Assembly (NCBI GenBank): GCA_041862375.1 | Contig: JBGVTE010000126.1 | Span: 70,776-134,775, forward strand | Reading direction: 5' to 3' | Source: Candidatus Aminicenantaceae bacterium | GTDB lineage: Bacteria; Acidobacteriota; Aminicenantia; Aminicenantales; Aminicenantaceae | DNA: 64,000 bases | Shown here: positions 19,791 to 29,535 of the stretch, in pieces | How positions within the stretch are numbered: the stretch's first letter is position 1 | Layout of the letters: every line of letters starts with the position of its first letter | Made by a program: the position numbers and the translations under genes | The notes under the pieces: model-generated | Told to the model about the DNA's origin: nothing | Seen by the model: the letters and a program-made list of their open reading frames with translations, nothing else | Database searches by the model: none

Positions 19791-20468
19791 TTAATAGTAA
19801 AAGAAAGAAATATAGGGAATTTCATGCTTCTCTCTTAAAAATTTCCCCACCTTAATCTTAAGTAAAGAGAGCAACTCTTCTTCTCCCCTGAGTGGGTATT
19901 CCTCCAAAATTTCGCGCTTTAGCTTTTCTTTTTCTTCTTGAGGACAATGCTGGAAAAGCAGTTCTTCAGTTTCCTCCTCTATTCGCTCAAGTTCTTCATC
20001 TTTATCTTTCACATCACCTCGAGACAGCATCTTTAATGCTCTAAAATATATTTCTTCCAAATAGGACAAATTCGAAGGAATATCTTTTAGAAATCGCTGG
20101 ACTTCACTCTCGATTCTCTTTATTTTATCATCCCTTCCGTATCTTCCTCCATGACTCCCAATTTTTCTCTCTCTATATTGCTCAAAAGCTCTCAACACGT
20201 GATGATTACAAAATCCAAGTGTACGAACTCTACGCCGTGCTCCTTTTTTTGTCCGGTAACTCTCAAATGTCCTTTCAATTCCTTCTAGTACAACTTGAAG
20301 GGGAATCCCCAGATTTTCCCACGTTGAAATTAAATCTAGATCTTTAGAGGAAAGGAAAAAAGGCGCTCCTCTTTCCTTTAGGAAACTTTGAGCTATCAAT
20401 TGAAAATATCGACCACTCTGCGCCTTTAATTTTCGTGTGCCCTTCCAACTTTTATCTATTTCTTTCAT
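19791..20468 (-). CDS. Hypothetical protein (downstream of coaX)
   Basis: Listed ORF is 241 aa, overlapping coaX by 65 nt. Starting at MKEIDKSW (20468) leaves a 17-nt overlap. No domain recognised. Confidence 0.45.
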   Translation of the reverse strand: MKEIDKSWKGTRKLKAQSGRYFQLIAQSFLKERGAPFFLSSKDLDLISTWENLGIPLQVVLEGIERTFESYRTKKGARRRVRTLGFCNHHVLRAFEQYRERKIGSHGGRYGRDDKIKRIESEVQRFLKDIPSNLSYLEEIYFRALKMLSRGDVKDKDEELERIEEETEELLFQHCPQEEKEKLKREILEEYPLRGEEELLSLLKIKVGKFLREKHEIPYISFFYY

Positions 20469-21216
20469 AAATAATCCTGAGCCCTTCAAGGATAAGATGA
20501 GGTTCAAAAAAATCAACTGATTTTATCTCTGGTAAAGCGTGTACCGCAAATCCTCCCGTAGCAATAACGCGTGCTTCCCTGCTCAATTCTTTTTTGATTT
20601 TCTCAATGATATTCGAAATCAAACCAATATAGCCGAAATAGAGGCCAGACTGCATACTTGAGACGGTAGAACGACCTATGGCTCTTTTAGGTTTTCTTAT
20701 TTCTATCCTCGGTAACTTAGCTGTCTTGAGGAAAAGAGCTTCAGCTGAAATCTGAATTCCAGGGGCAATTGCTCCACCTAAATATTCTCCTTTGGAAGAC
20801 ACCGCATCAAACGTCGTAGCAGTTCCAAAATCCACCACGATACACGGACCCCCGTATTTCTCGAACGCAGCAACTGAAGCTGCAATCCTATCCGCCCCCA
20901 CCTCGAGAGGATTTTCATACAGAATTGGCATTCCTGTCTTAAGTCCCGGTCCCACCACCACGGGTTTTATCCGGAAAAGTTTCTGGCTTAAATTTTGAAA
21001 AACAGGAGTCAGTGGAGGAACAACGCTAGAAATAATGAATGATTTTACCTCTGAAACTTCCAAATGTGCATATTTTAGCAGGTTCAAAAGGGTGAGAGTG
21101 TACTCGTCGCTTGTTCTATCCTTTTCCGTTCTAATCCTCCATTCGTTTATGAGATTTTTCTCCTGAAAAATCCCTATGGCAGTATTAGTATTTCCTATGT
21201 CCACTGTCAAAAGCAT
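20452..21216 (-). CDS. coaX: Type III pantothenate kinase
   Basis: 254 aa, LLTVDIGNTNTAIGIF, ASKHA fold. Confidence 0.9.
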   Translation of the reverse strand: MLLTVDIGNTNTAIGIFQEKNLINEWRIRTEKDRTSDEYTLTLLNLLKYAHLEVSEVKSFIISSVVPPLTPVFQNLSQKLFRIKPVVVGPGLKTGMPILYENPLEVGADRIAASVAAFEKYGGPCIVVDFGTATTFDAVSSKGEYLGGAIAPGIQISAEALFLKTAKLPRIEIRKPKRAIGRSTVSSMQSGLYFGYIGLISNIIEKIKKELSREARVIATGGFAVHALPEIKSVDFFEPHLILEGLRIIYERNR

Positions 21217-21234
21217 TCTTCATCTCCTTTGTGC

Positions 21235-21975
21235 TCAAGTTACAGTCTTAATCTCAGCTGAAAAGTAAGAAGTCATGCTCCCTCTTTCCTCCAAGATTAA
21301 ACCTCCAGAAGAGTCAATGCCCCTGTAAATTCCCTCAGCATCTCCCTTTTCAGTAATTAACTTCAATTTTTCACCGGGTGAAACAGCAGAATATCTTTCG
21401 AATTTACGGATAATTTCTCTCACTTTCCCTTGACAAAAAAGCCGGTACCAGTAGTTTAGTGCCTTCCACAGGTTTTTAAGCAGAATTGACTCATCGATAA
21501 CTTCCCCTTTTATGAGTTTAAGAGATGTAGCGCTGTCCCGAATCTCAACAGGAAAGCCCTCTTTTTCATGACTTAGGTTTAGGCCAATTCCTACAATAAT
21601 GTAATGGAGCTGATTGCCTAAAAAGGTACTCTCACAGAGAATGCCTCCTAATTTTTTGTCGTGCCAAATTAAATCGTTAGGCCAGCGCAATTCAACATGA
21701 ATTCTCAGGACTTTAAAAATAGCGTCTTTTACTGCCAATACAGCCATGAGGGGAATGATGGAAATATTAAGCTCTTTAGGCTTGAGGATAACAGATGTAT
21801 AGAGCCCCTTGTTTTTAGCTGAGAACCAGGTTCGTCTCCTTGTTCCCCTGCCTTTTGTCTGTTCTTTTGAAATGATGACTGTCCCTTCCTCTGCTCCCCT
21901 ATCTGCCATCTCTCGAGCTAAATCGTTGGTAGAAGGACAGCTCTCTATCCTATGGATTATCGCCCCGATTTTCAT
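21235..21975 (-). CDS. birA: Biotin--[acetyl-CoA-carboxylase] ligase (group I, no HTH)
   Basis: 246 aa, GRGTRRRTWFS, BPL catalytic domain plus C-terminal SH3-like domain. Confidence 0.85.
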   Translation of the reverse strand: MKIGAIIHRIESCPSTNDLAREMADRGAEEGTVIISKEQTKGRGTRRRTWFSAKNKGLYTSVILKPKELNISIIPLMAVLAVKDAIFKVLRIHVELRWPNDLIWHDKKLGGILCESTFLGNQLHYIIVGIGLNLSHEKEGFPVEIRDSATSLKLIKGEVIDESILLKNLWKALNYWYRLFCQGKVREIIRKFERYSAVSPGEKLKLITEKGDAEGIYRGIDSSGGLILEERGSMTSYFSAEIKTVT

Positions 21976-22013
21976 GATATAGAAAGACCCCTAGGAAATT
22001 TCCCGAATATATT

Positions 22014-24650
22014 TCACGGCAAGGTTAAATCTCTCAGGCTCTCTTCTAATTTTAATTTTCGATTCTGAAGATCTTTCAGCCTTTTCTTTGTGTCTTGAAC
22101 GACATTTTTGGGAGCACGGTCAAGAAATTCAGTACTCCTAAGCCTGCTCTCTATTTTATCAACATCCAATGATACTTTCGAGATTTCTTTTTCGAGCCTT
22201 TGCTTCTCCTGCTCCAAATTTAAAATGCTTTCAGGGGAAACAGCTATCTCCCAAGTTCCAACAACTCCTTTTAGAAGTCTCTCTTCTTGAGGAAAATCAT
22301 TAACAATGTCTATCTTACCCACATTAGCCAAAGTCTGAACGTAGATTTGATTCCTCCCGATCATCGCCTTTTCTTCATCCTCCTTTACTTTCACCCAAAG
22401 GCTAACCCTATCCTTAGGAGGGATTCTGTTCTCAGCTCTAATAGTTCGGGCCTCAACTATGGTTTTCTGAAGATGTTCCATCTCAGCCTCCACGTCTTCA
22501 TTCCTGAAAGCCATGTTAGGCTCAGGAAATGGAGCCACTACCAAAGACTTTTGAGACCCAGGAAGATGCTGCCATATTTCCTCAGTAATAAAAGGCATAA
22601 AAGGGTGGAGTAATCTTAATATCCCATCCAAAGCTTCTACTAAAGCTCCCTGAGTGGTTTTATTTCCTTCCTTTAAGCTCGGCTTGACTAACTCGATATA
22701 CCAATCACAGAATTCATGCCAGATAAAGTGGTAAATCTTATCCGCTGCTTCATAGAACTTATAGGCTTCTAAAGCTTCATTCAGCTCCTCAATCATTCTG
22801 TCCAGGCGGCTTCTAATCCATCTATCTGCCAATGTCAATTCCTCTTCTTTAATTTCAAACTCTTCTCCTTCTAGGTTCATTAAGACAAACCGGGATGCAT
22901 TCCAGATTTTATTAGCAAAAGCCCGATAGCCTGCCATTCTCTCCTCAGAGAGAGAAAGATCCATTCCAGGTATAGCTAAAGCTGCCAAGGTAAACCTTAG
23001 AGCATCAGCGCCGTACTTCTCAATCATATCCAGGGGATCGATGGTGTTACCTTCTGATTTGCTCATCTTCCGTCTCTTAAAATCTCTGACTAAGCCATTA
23101 ATAAAAACATGTTTGAAAGGAATATCTCCGCCAAACTTAAGCCCCATCATAATCATCCTAGCTACCCAGAAAAAAATGATATCGAATCCAGTTGACATAA
23201 GATCAGTTGGGTAGAAAGTCTTAAGGTCCTGGGTTTCTTCGGGCCAACCCATTGTGGCAAAGGGCCAGAGGGCAGAACTGAACCATGTATCGAGAACATC
23301 CTCATCCTGGATGATATCTGCGCTGTTACATTTTTTACACTTTTGGGGAGCTTCCATGTCAACTATCACTCCGTCACAATCCTGACAATACCAAGCAGGA
23401 ATTCTGTGTCCCCACCAAAGCTGTCGTGAAATACACCAATCATGAATGTTATACATCCATTCAAAATAGGTTTTAGCCCAGTTGGGAGGAATGAACCTAA
23501 TTTTCCCTTTTTCAACAACTCTAATTGCTTCTTTAGCTAGGGGGGCAACCTTGACAAACCACTGCCAAGAAAGATGAGGTTCTATTATAGTTTTGCATCG
23601 GTAGCAGTGCCCTACTGCATGCTTGTAATCTTCAATCCTCTCCAATAATCCGTCCTCTTCTAGCATCAAAAGAACTTTTTTTCGACATTCAAACCTGTCT
23701 AATCCCCTAAATTCCCTTCCTGCATCTTCAGTCATCTTTCCTGAACCATCAATAACTATCACCTGTTCCAGGTGGTGCTTTTTTCCTATCTCAAAATCTA
23801 CTGGGTCATGAGTAGGGGTTACCTTGACTGCTCCAGTACCAAATTCCTTCTCAACTCTCTCGTCAGAAATCACAGGTATTGTCCTGTTTGTAAGAGGCAG
23901 ATATATCTTTTTCCCTAGAATCTTCGAATAACGCTCATCTTCAGGATGTACGGCGACAGCAGTATCACCCAGCATAGTTTCTGGCCTGGTGGTTGCAACA
24001 ACCACTGACTCATCTGAGTCCACAAGAGGGTACTTGATGTAATAGAGCCGCCCATCCAGATCTCTATGCTCGACTTCAATGTCAGAAAGAACAGTACCGC
24101 AATGAGGACAACGGTTCACCAAATAATAGTCTCTGTAAATAAGCCCTTCCTCATAAAGGCTCACGAAAACATGCCTTACTGCCTTTGAAAAACCCTCATC
24201 CAGAGTAAATCTCTCCCTTGTCCAATCCAAAGAAGTGCCGAGTTTTTTTAGCTGATCAATGATTCTACCGCCGTATTTTTCTTTCCAATCCCATGCGAGC
24301 TTCAGGAATTTTTCTCGTCCTACACACTCCCTGGTCATGCCTTTCTCAGCCAGATCCTGCTCAATCACATTGTGAACAGCAATGCTCGCATGGTCTGTTC
24401 CAGGCAGCCAGAGCGTATTATACCCTTGCATCCGCCGCCAGCGGACAATAATATCTGGCAGGGTAAAACACAAGGCATGGCCGATGTGCAGGATGCCGGT
24501 GACATTGGGAGGAGGAAGTACCATCGAAAATTTTTGCTTGGAAGAAAAGGATTGAGCAACAAAGAGCCCTTCGTCAATCCAGAATTTTCCCCACTTCTCC
24601 TCCACAGGCTGAGGATTGTAAACCTTGTTCAAAATATTCTTTGCCTTCAT
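22014..24650 (-). CDS. valS: Valine--tRNA ligase
   Basis: 878 aa with HIGH (HIGHAL), KMSKS, an editing domain and a C-terminal coiled coil. Confidence 0.95.
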   Translation of the reverse strand: MKAKNILNKVYNPQPVEEKWGKFWIDEGLFVAQSFSSKQKFSMVLPPPNVTGILHIGHALCFTLPDIIVRWRRMQGYNTLWLPGTDHASIAVHNVIEQDLAEKGMTRECVGREKFLKLAWDWKEKYGGRIIDQLKKLGTSLDWTRERFTLDEGFSKAVRHVFVSLYEEGLIYRDYYLVNRCPHCGTVLSDIEVEHRDLDGRLYYIKYPLVDSDESVVVATTRPETMLGDTAVAVHPEDERYSKILGKKIYLPLTNRTIPVISDERVEKEFGTGAVKVTPTHDPVDFEIGKKHHLEQVIVIDGSGKMTEDAGREFRGLDRFECRKKVLLMLEEDGLLERIEDYKHAVGHCYRCKTIIEPHLSWQWFVKVAPLAKEAIRVVEKGKIRFIPPNWAKTYFEWMYNIHDWCISRQLWWGHRIPAWYCQDCDGVIVDMEAPQKCKKCNSADIIQDEDVLDTWFSSALWPFATMGWPEETQDLKTFYPTDLMSTGFDIIFFWVARMIMMGLKFGGDIPFKHVFINGLVRDFKRRKMSKSEGNTIDPLDMIEKYGADALRFTLAALAIPGMDLSLSEERMAGYRAFANKIWNASRFVLMNLEGEEFEIKEEELTLADRWIRSRLDRMIEELNEALEAYKFYEAADKIYHFIWHEFCDWYIELVKPSLKEGNKTTQGALVEALDGILRLLHPFMPFITEEIWQHLPGSQKSLVVAPFPEPNMAFRNEDVEAEMEHLQKTIVEARTIRAENRIPPKDRVSLWVKVKEDEEKAMIGRNQIYVQTLANVGKIDIVNDFPQEERLLKGVVGTWEIAVSPESILNLEQEKQRLEKEISKVSLDVDKIESRLRSTEFLDRAPKNVVQDTKKRLKDLQNRKLKLEESLRDLTLP

Positions 24651-24786
24651 ATTATTTCTATTCCTTCGCCTCTCTAACTCATAATGCGTATTGAAAAGGC
24701 ACTCTTACAGTTTGCCACAACTGAACTATCTTATCTATTTTACCAATTTTTTACTCTGTCCTAAAACTGTTTGCTTTCTGTGGCTA

Positions 24787-24999
24787 GCATCTTTTTTTCC
24801 GTGATAAGGAAAGACAAGCATGGGTATACTGTGAAGAAGGTCGTAGGAAGGCTGAGCGGGCATGGTTTCCGACTGGAGGGAGGAAGAGCGAAGCCTGAAT
24901 CGAGCCGCTTTGGCTCGCTGGGACAAAGCGAGCGTGCCTTCAAGCCGTATGCCCATCGCTTAATGACCATTTTAATTTTCATCACGGAAAAAAAGATAC
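24787..24999. repeat. GC-rich structured intergenic element bounded by a perfect 19-bp inverted repeat (GCATCTTTTTTTCCGTGAT / ATCACGGAAAAAAAGATAC)
   Basis: Arms lie at 24787-24805 and 24981-24999. The core is ~58% GC with several internal hairpins (CGAGCC-GCTTT-GGCTCG, GCTCGC...GCGAGC). AGCATGGGTATAC pairs with GTATGCCCATCGCT through one wobble pair and one bulge. The ORFs listed here (24735-25022) are probably spurious. Confidence 0.5.
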
Positions 25000-25012
25000 T
25001 TCACTTTCTGTG

Positions 25013-25675
25013 TCACTTTTGATCCTTGAGTTTTAAAAGTTCTATCCTAAGTGCATCTAACTCCTTCTGGAATTGTTCCTTCATTTCTTGAATGATGTAA
25101 CTCCTCACTCTCTCTTCCATCTCTTTCTTTATTTCTGAAAGCTGATGGACAATAAAATCCTGAATCTGCTTTTTTATAACCTCATCCTCAATCAATTCTA
25201 AGGCACGCTGCGATGTTTCCTCTTTTTCCTCAATTCGCACTTTTTCATCATCTCTTGATGACATCTCCCCCAAGGGAGGCTCCTCAGGAAGAGTCAAAGG
25301 ATTTCTTTTGTTTTCTATAATATTCTTTACTAGCCGAGCTAATTTCCCTGAATCGAAAGGCTTTCGGATAATCACATCATAATCTAAAGCAGCCATTTTT
25401 TTCTGATCAAAGGATTCGAAAGCACCTTGTAAAAAAATAAGAGCTGTCCGTCTGAAATCCTCTTGACTTTTTAAGTAATATCCAATCTCATAGCCGTCTT
25501 TTCCAGGAAGAGTAAGACTGAGGAGGATGGCGTCAGGATTTATTTGACCAAGGTTTTTTATGACTTCCACTCCGTCTCCAAAAGGAAATACTTCAAATTC
25601 GGTTTTTGGGAAAGCAAGCTGAACAGCTTTCTGAATAGAGGGACTGTTGTCAGCAACAATAAGTTTATAGCCCAT
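25013..25675 (-). CDS. Stand-alone response-regulator receiver (REC) domain protein with a C-terminal coiled coil
   Basis: 220 aa. LIVADNS...DAILLSLTLPGKDGYEI...IRKPFD gives CheY-like Asp/Lys positions. The C-terminal 90 aa are an E/K coiled coil. Confidence 0.75.
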   Translation of the reverse strand: MGYKLIVADNSPSIQKAVQLAFPKTEFEVFPFGDGVEVIKNLGQINPDAILLSLTLPGKDGYEIGYYLKSQEDFRRTALIFLQGAFESFDQKKMAALDYDVIIRKPFDSGKLARLVKNIIENKRNPLTLPEEPPLGEMSSRDDEKVRIEEKEETSQRALELIEDEVIKKQIQDFIVHQLSEIKKEMEERVRSYIIQEMKEQFQKELDALRIELLKLKDQK

Positions 25676-25708
25676 GACGTAACTCAGACCTTGGAAAAAA
25701 GCTACAAT

Positions 25709-25738
25709 TAATTAACATTTTTCTCCTCTTTATGTCAA
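25709..25738 (-). promoter_or_regulatory. Promoter of the REC-domain gene (TTGACA-18-TAATTA)
   Basis: The -35 hexamer at 25733-25738 lies exactly 19 nt downstream of motif copy C. Confidence 0.45.
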
Positions 25739-25757
25739 TTCAACCCCATAAATCTAA

Positions 25758-25777
25758 GCATCTTTTTTTTCGATGAT
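25758..25777 (-). promoter_or_regulatory. Upstream motif copy C (ATCATCGAAAAAAAAGATGC)
   Basis: Same motif and same 19-nt spacing to TTGACA as at the tRNA-Val promoter. Confidence 0.5.
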
Positions 25778-25786
25778 TAAAAAGAA

Positions 25787-25968
25787 AGGTCTTTGGAAAT
25801 GCCTTCGCTCCCGTTCAGATTTTTAACGCCATGTATGTTCCGCCCTTTTCAGCGCTTCCGCAACTCGCCTCATAAGAGGCTCAGACATACTCAGCGGTTC
25901 ACTCCGTGAACTTCCCTCAAAGGGCGGAACATTCAAGCTAAATCTTCAAAGGTCACTTCATCTATTTC
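25787..25968. repeat. Nested-palindrome intergenic element between dnaE and the REC gene
   Basis: Outer perfect 14-bp inverted repeat AGGTCTTTGGAAAT / ATTTCCAAAGACCT and inner perfect 13-bp repeat TGTTCCGCCCTTT / AAAGGGCGGAACA, plus small hairpins (GCCTC-ATAA-GAGGC, GTTCAC-TCC-GTGAAC). Confidence 0.5.
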
Positions 25969-26052
25969 CAAAGACCTTCGTCTTGAATAACCTCTGGTTA
26001 TTGCCGAAAAAGAGATGTTTCTTCGGCTAATCCTGCATAACTTCAGCTGTTT

Positions 26053-29000
26053 TTAGTATTCAATTAAAACAGAGCCTTCACCCAGCAAGCTTTCAATTTT
26101 CTTTGCTAAATCTTCGGAAGGAGATACTGATTGAATTTCAATGGACTGAGCTACCATTCGGTAAGAATGAGGAGTCTCGAGCTCAAAAAGCACTGGGCAT
26201 TCTCCAGGGCTTTCATCCAGCATCCCTTTCAGTTCCTCAAAGACTGACTCCTCTAATCCAGGAAGGAAAATCCTAAGAACCATCCGTTTCGCCTGTTTTT
26301 GGAAGGCTTCAGCTAATGGCATTATTTGGACAAGATTAATCCTGCGACTCTCTCCCTCTCCCAAAAACCTTCCTTTTATCCAAACTAACTGGTCTTCTCT
26401 CAGGCAGTCATAATATTTTTTATAGCTATCAGGGAAGACAACCACCTCTATCCGATCGCTCAAATCTTCCAATGTAAAAGTGGCCATCCTCTCATCTTTC
26501 TTAGTTTTCATGGTCTTAAGAGAGGATATAATTCCACCTAATCTAACTTCATTGTTAAAATCCCTCTCCTCATCGAGTTGATTAATAGAACTGGAAACAA
26601 GCTTGCTCAGAGGCTTCTCAAATTGAGCCAGAGGATGACCAGTTATGTAGAATCCTAAGGCATCTTTTTCATAGGAAAGCAAGAGTGACTCATCCCATTC
26701 TCGCATCTGTTTTATCTCAGTGGGTATTGTAGGGAGTTCAACCTGGCTTTGTCCAAAGAGCAGATTCTGTTTCGAGGATTTAATCTTCTGTATCTCATGA
26801 GCGAACTCGATCATCTTATCTACCATATGAAAACATTGAGACCTCTTCCACCCTAAAGAATCAAAAGTGCCCGCTTTGATCAGACTCTCAACAACCTTTC
26901 GATTCATAACTTTTGGACTTACTTCAAGGAATATATCAAAAGGAGTGATAAATCTCCCCTTCTTCTGTCTTGCTCGGAGCAAAACCCTTACAGCTCCCTC
27001 TCCAACATTTTTTACAGCAGATAAACCCAAGCGAATATTTCCCTTTACTACAGTAAAGTTAAAATCACTCTCATTAATATCGGGTGGCAACACTTTAATT
27101 CCCATCTCTTGGCACTCTTTTAGGTATTTGACAATCTGAGAAGCAGCTCCTCTCTCAGCCTCAGATGTCAAAAGCGCAGCAAGAAAAGATAAAGGATAAT
27201 GAGCCTTAAGATAGGCAGTATGATAGGCGAGATAAGCATAAGCGGCACTGTGAGATTTGTTAAATCCATATCCAGCAAAAAATTTAATTTGTTCGAATAT
27301 CTTTACTGCCTTAGATTGACTTAAACCTCTCCTTTTCGCTCCTTGGATAAACCTTTGCCTCTGGCCCTTCATCATTCCGGTAACTTTCTTGCCCATAGCT
27401 TTACGCAAGATGTCTGCTTCTGCTAGAGAAAAGCCAGCAAGATCTGTAGCAATTCTCATAACTTGCTCTTGGTAGACTATAATTCCCTGAGTCTCTTTCA
27501 ATATAGGTTCAAGTTCGGGACATTCATAATTTATTCGATCTGGATGGTGTTTGCGCTTGATGAATTCATCTGTCATTCCGCTTTTCAAAGGACCAGGTCG
27601 ATAAAGAGCATTTAAGGCAACTAAATCCCGAAAGTTTTCAGGCTTGAAATTCCGGAGCAAATCCTTCATTCCCCGACTTTCAAATTGGAATACTCCATCT
27701 GTATTACCTGATTTATAAACCTCGAAGGTATCTCTGTCATCTAAAGAGATGTCGCTCAGGTCAATTTTCTCTCCTGTATCTTTTCCCACCAGTTCAATGG
27801 TATCCCGGATCACAGTTAAGTTGCGTAAACCCAATAAATCCATCTTGAGTAAGCCTATAGCCTCGATATCCTGCATCGGAAATTGAGTTGTGATTTCTCC
27901 CTTCACAGATTTGTAAAGAGGCATAAACTCAACCAGGGGTTTAGGAGTGATAACAATTCCAGCAGCGTGGATGGAAGGATGTCTAATTTGCCCTTCAAGC
28001 TTTTGAGCCACAGAAAGAAGATGAGCTATTTTTGGATTCCTGTCCCTCAGTTCTCTTAATTGAGAAATATTCTTCAAGGCATACTCTATCGAAGCCTCTG
28101 GACCAAAAGGCGGAATCATCTTGGCAATCCTGTCTACCTCCGGAAGAGGCACTTCTAAAGCTCTTCCAACATCTCTAACTGCCTGGCGGGCAGCCATAGT
28201 TCCGAAGGTAATAATCTGGCATACATTCTCCTGACCGTATTTTTTTGTCACATAGTCAAGTACTTCCTCTCTTCTCCTCCCGCAGAAATCAATGTCAATA
28301 TCTGGAAGACTAATCCGCTCGGGATTTAAAAAGCGTTCAAATAAAAGATCGTACTCAAGAGGATCTATATCTGTTATCCCCAAGCAATACGCAAGCAGGC
28401 TTCCTGCCGCAGACCCTCTTCCTGGCCCCACAGGAATACCCTTATCTTTTGCCATCTTAATCAAGTCCCAGACTATTAAAAAATAACCTTCAAATCCCAT
28501 CTCTTTGATGAGTTTTACTTCTTTCTCCAATCTCGCTTCGTACTCGTGTAAGGGATATCTCAGGTCATCTTGCTCTTCCTTCTTGTGTAAGAGTTCCAAA
28601 CGTCTCTCGAATCCCCCTTTTACTATCTGATTAAAATACTCTTCTAGCGAAGCACCTTCTGGAACCTTAAACTTAGGTAAAAAATACCCTGATTCGGGAA
28701 AATCAAAATTACACTGGGCTGCTACTCTTGCTGTGTTTTCTATTGCCTCTGGCTCACCCCCAAAGAGATCTATCATTTCTCGAGATGACTTAAAGTAGAA
28801 TTCATTTGTGGCAAACCTGATTCTTTCTTGATCACTAGCCTTTTTATTAGTCTGAATACAGAGGAGAATATCCTGGTTTTCCGCATCATCCTTATGAAGA
28901 TAATGGGTATCATTAGTCGCGATTAAAGGAAGACTGAGTTTTCGAGCAAGTGTCAGGAGTTTGGAATTAATCTCTTTCTGTTGCTTCAATCCATTATCTT

Positions 29001-29535
29001 GAAGTTCGATATAGAAATCTCCTTTAGGGAAAAGAGAGGCATATTCAAGAGCTGCTTCCTCTGCTTCTTTCTCTACGCCCATGCCCAACAGATAACTTAT
29101 CTCTCCTTTTAAACAGGCAGAAAATCCGATCAATCCTTCAGAATATTGTGCCAGAAGCTCTTTGTCTATTCGAGGTTTATAATAGAAACCCTCCAAGTAG
29201 CTTTTAGTTATCAGCTGGCAGAGATTTCTGTACCCCTTTTCATCTTTGACAAGCAAGATCAAGTGAAAGTGGCTGATTTCTGCTTGTTTCGCTTTCTTTT
29301 CAAAACGGCTTTCAGGAGCAATATACATCTCACATCCCAGAATTGGCTTTATTCCCTTGGCCTTTGCCCTCTTGAAAAAGCTAACTGCACCAAATATATT
29401 ACCGTGGTCGGTTAGTGCTACAGCTGGCATTTTGTTCTCATAGGCAGCACTAATTAGATCATCAATTTTTAAAGCTCCGTCCAGAATACTATACTCAGAA
29501 TGGTTATGAAGATGAATGAACGAAAGTTCCATCAT
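26053..29535 (-). CDS. dnaE: DNA polymerase III alpha subunit
   Basis: 1160 aa with an N-terminal PHP domain (HLHNHSEYSILDG), a polymerase core and an OB fold. Confidence 0.95.
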   Translation of the reverse strand: MMELSFIHLHNHSEYSILDGALKIDDLISAAYENKMPAVALTDHGNIFGAVSFFKRAKAKGIKPILGCEMYIAPESRFEKKAKQAEISHFHLILLVKDEKGYRNLCQLITKSYLEGFYYKPRIDKELLAQYSEGLIGFSACLKGEISYLLGMGVEKEAEEAALEYASLFPKGDFYIELQDNGLKQQKEINSKLLTLARKLSLPLIATNDTHYLHKDDAENQDILLCIQTNKKASDQERIRFATNEFYFKSSREMIDLFGGEPEAIENTARVAAQCNFDFPESGYFLPKFKVPEGASLEEYFNQIVKGGFERRLELLHKKEEQDDLRYPLHEYEARLEKEVKLIKEMGFEGYFLIVWDLIKMAKDKGIPVGPGRGSAAGSLLAYCLGITDIDPLEYDLLFERFLNPERISLPDIDIDFCGRRREEVLDYVTKKYGQENVCQIITFGTMAARQAVRDVGRALEVPLPEVDRIAKMIPPFGPEASIEYALKNISQLRELRDRNPKIAHLLSVAQKLEGQIRHPSIHAAGIVITPKPLVEFMPLYKSVKGEITTQFPMQDIEAIGLLKMDLLGLRNLTVIRDTIELVGKDTGEKIDLSDISLDDRDTFEVYKSGNTDGVFQFESRGMKDLLRNFKPENFRDLVALNALYRPGPLKSGMTDEFIKRKHHPDRINYECPELEPILKETQGIIVYQEQVMRIATDLAGFSLAEADILRKAMGKKVTGMMKGQRQRFIQGAKRRGLSQSKAVKIFEQIKFFAGYGFNKSHSAAYAYLAYHTAYLKAHYPLSFLAALLTSEAERGAASQIVKYLKECQEMGIKVLPPDINESDFNFTVVKGNIRLGLSAVKNVGEGAVRVLLRARQKKGRFITPFDIFLEVSPKVMNRKVVESLIKAGTFDSLGWKRSQCFHMVDKMIEFAHEIQKIKSSKQNLLFGQSQVELPTIPTEIKQMREWDESLLLSYEKDALGFYITGHPLAQFEKPLSKLVSSSINQLDEERDFNNEVRLGGIISSLKTMKTKKDERMATFTLEDLSDRIEVVVFPDSYKKYYDCLREDQLVWIKGRFLGEGESRRINLVQIMPLAEAFQKQAKRMVLRIFLPGLEESVFEELKGMLDESPGECPVLFELETPHSYRMVAQSIEIQSVSPSEDLAKKIESLLGEGSVLIEY

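Noticed and set aside
24787-24999. The idea that this element is a known RNA (6S RNA, SRP RNA or tmRNA)
   Set aside because: The ends pair as in 6S RNA, but I could not fold the core into a single long helix with a central bubble. The SRP helix-8 consensus (GGAAGGAAGCAGCC-like) and tmRNA tag or tRNA-like ends are absent. I left it as an unclassified structured repeat.
24735-25022. Three listed ORFs (73, 74 and 83 aa) across the GC-rich element between valS and the REC gene
   Set aside because: They overlap each other on both strands inside a palindromic structured element and have no RBS. GC-rich open frames are expected by chance in AT-rich genomes.
25665-25718. 17-codon ORF (MLINCSFFPRSELRHGL) with a strong AAGAGGAG SD inside the REC-gene promoter spacer
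   Set aside because: It lies between the -35 and -10 hexamers that best explain the promoter and overlaps the REC start out of frame. Most likely a chance SD-ATG.
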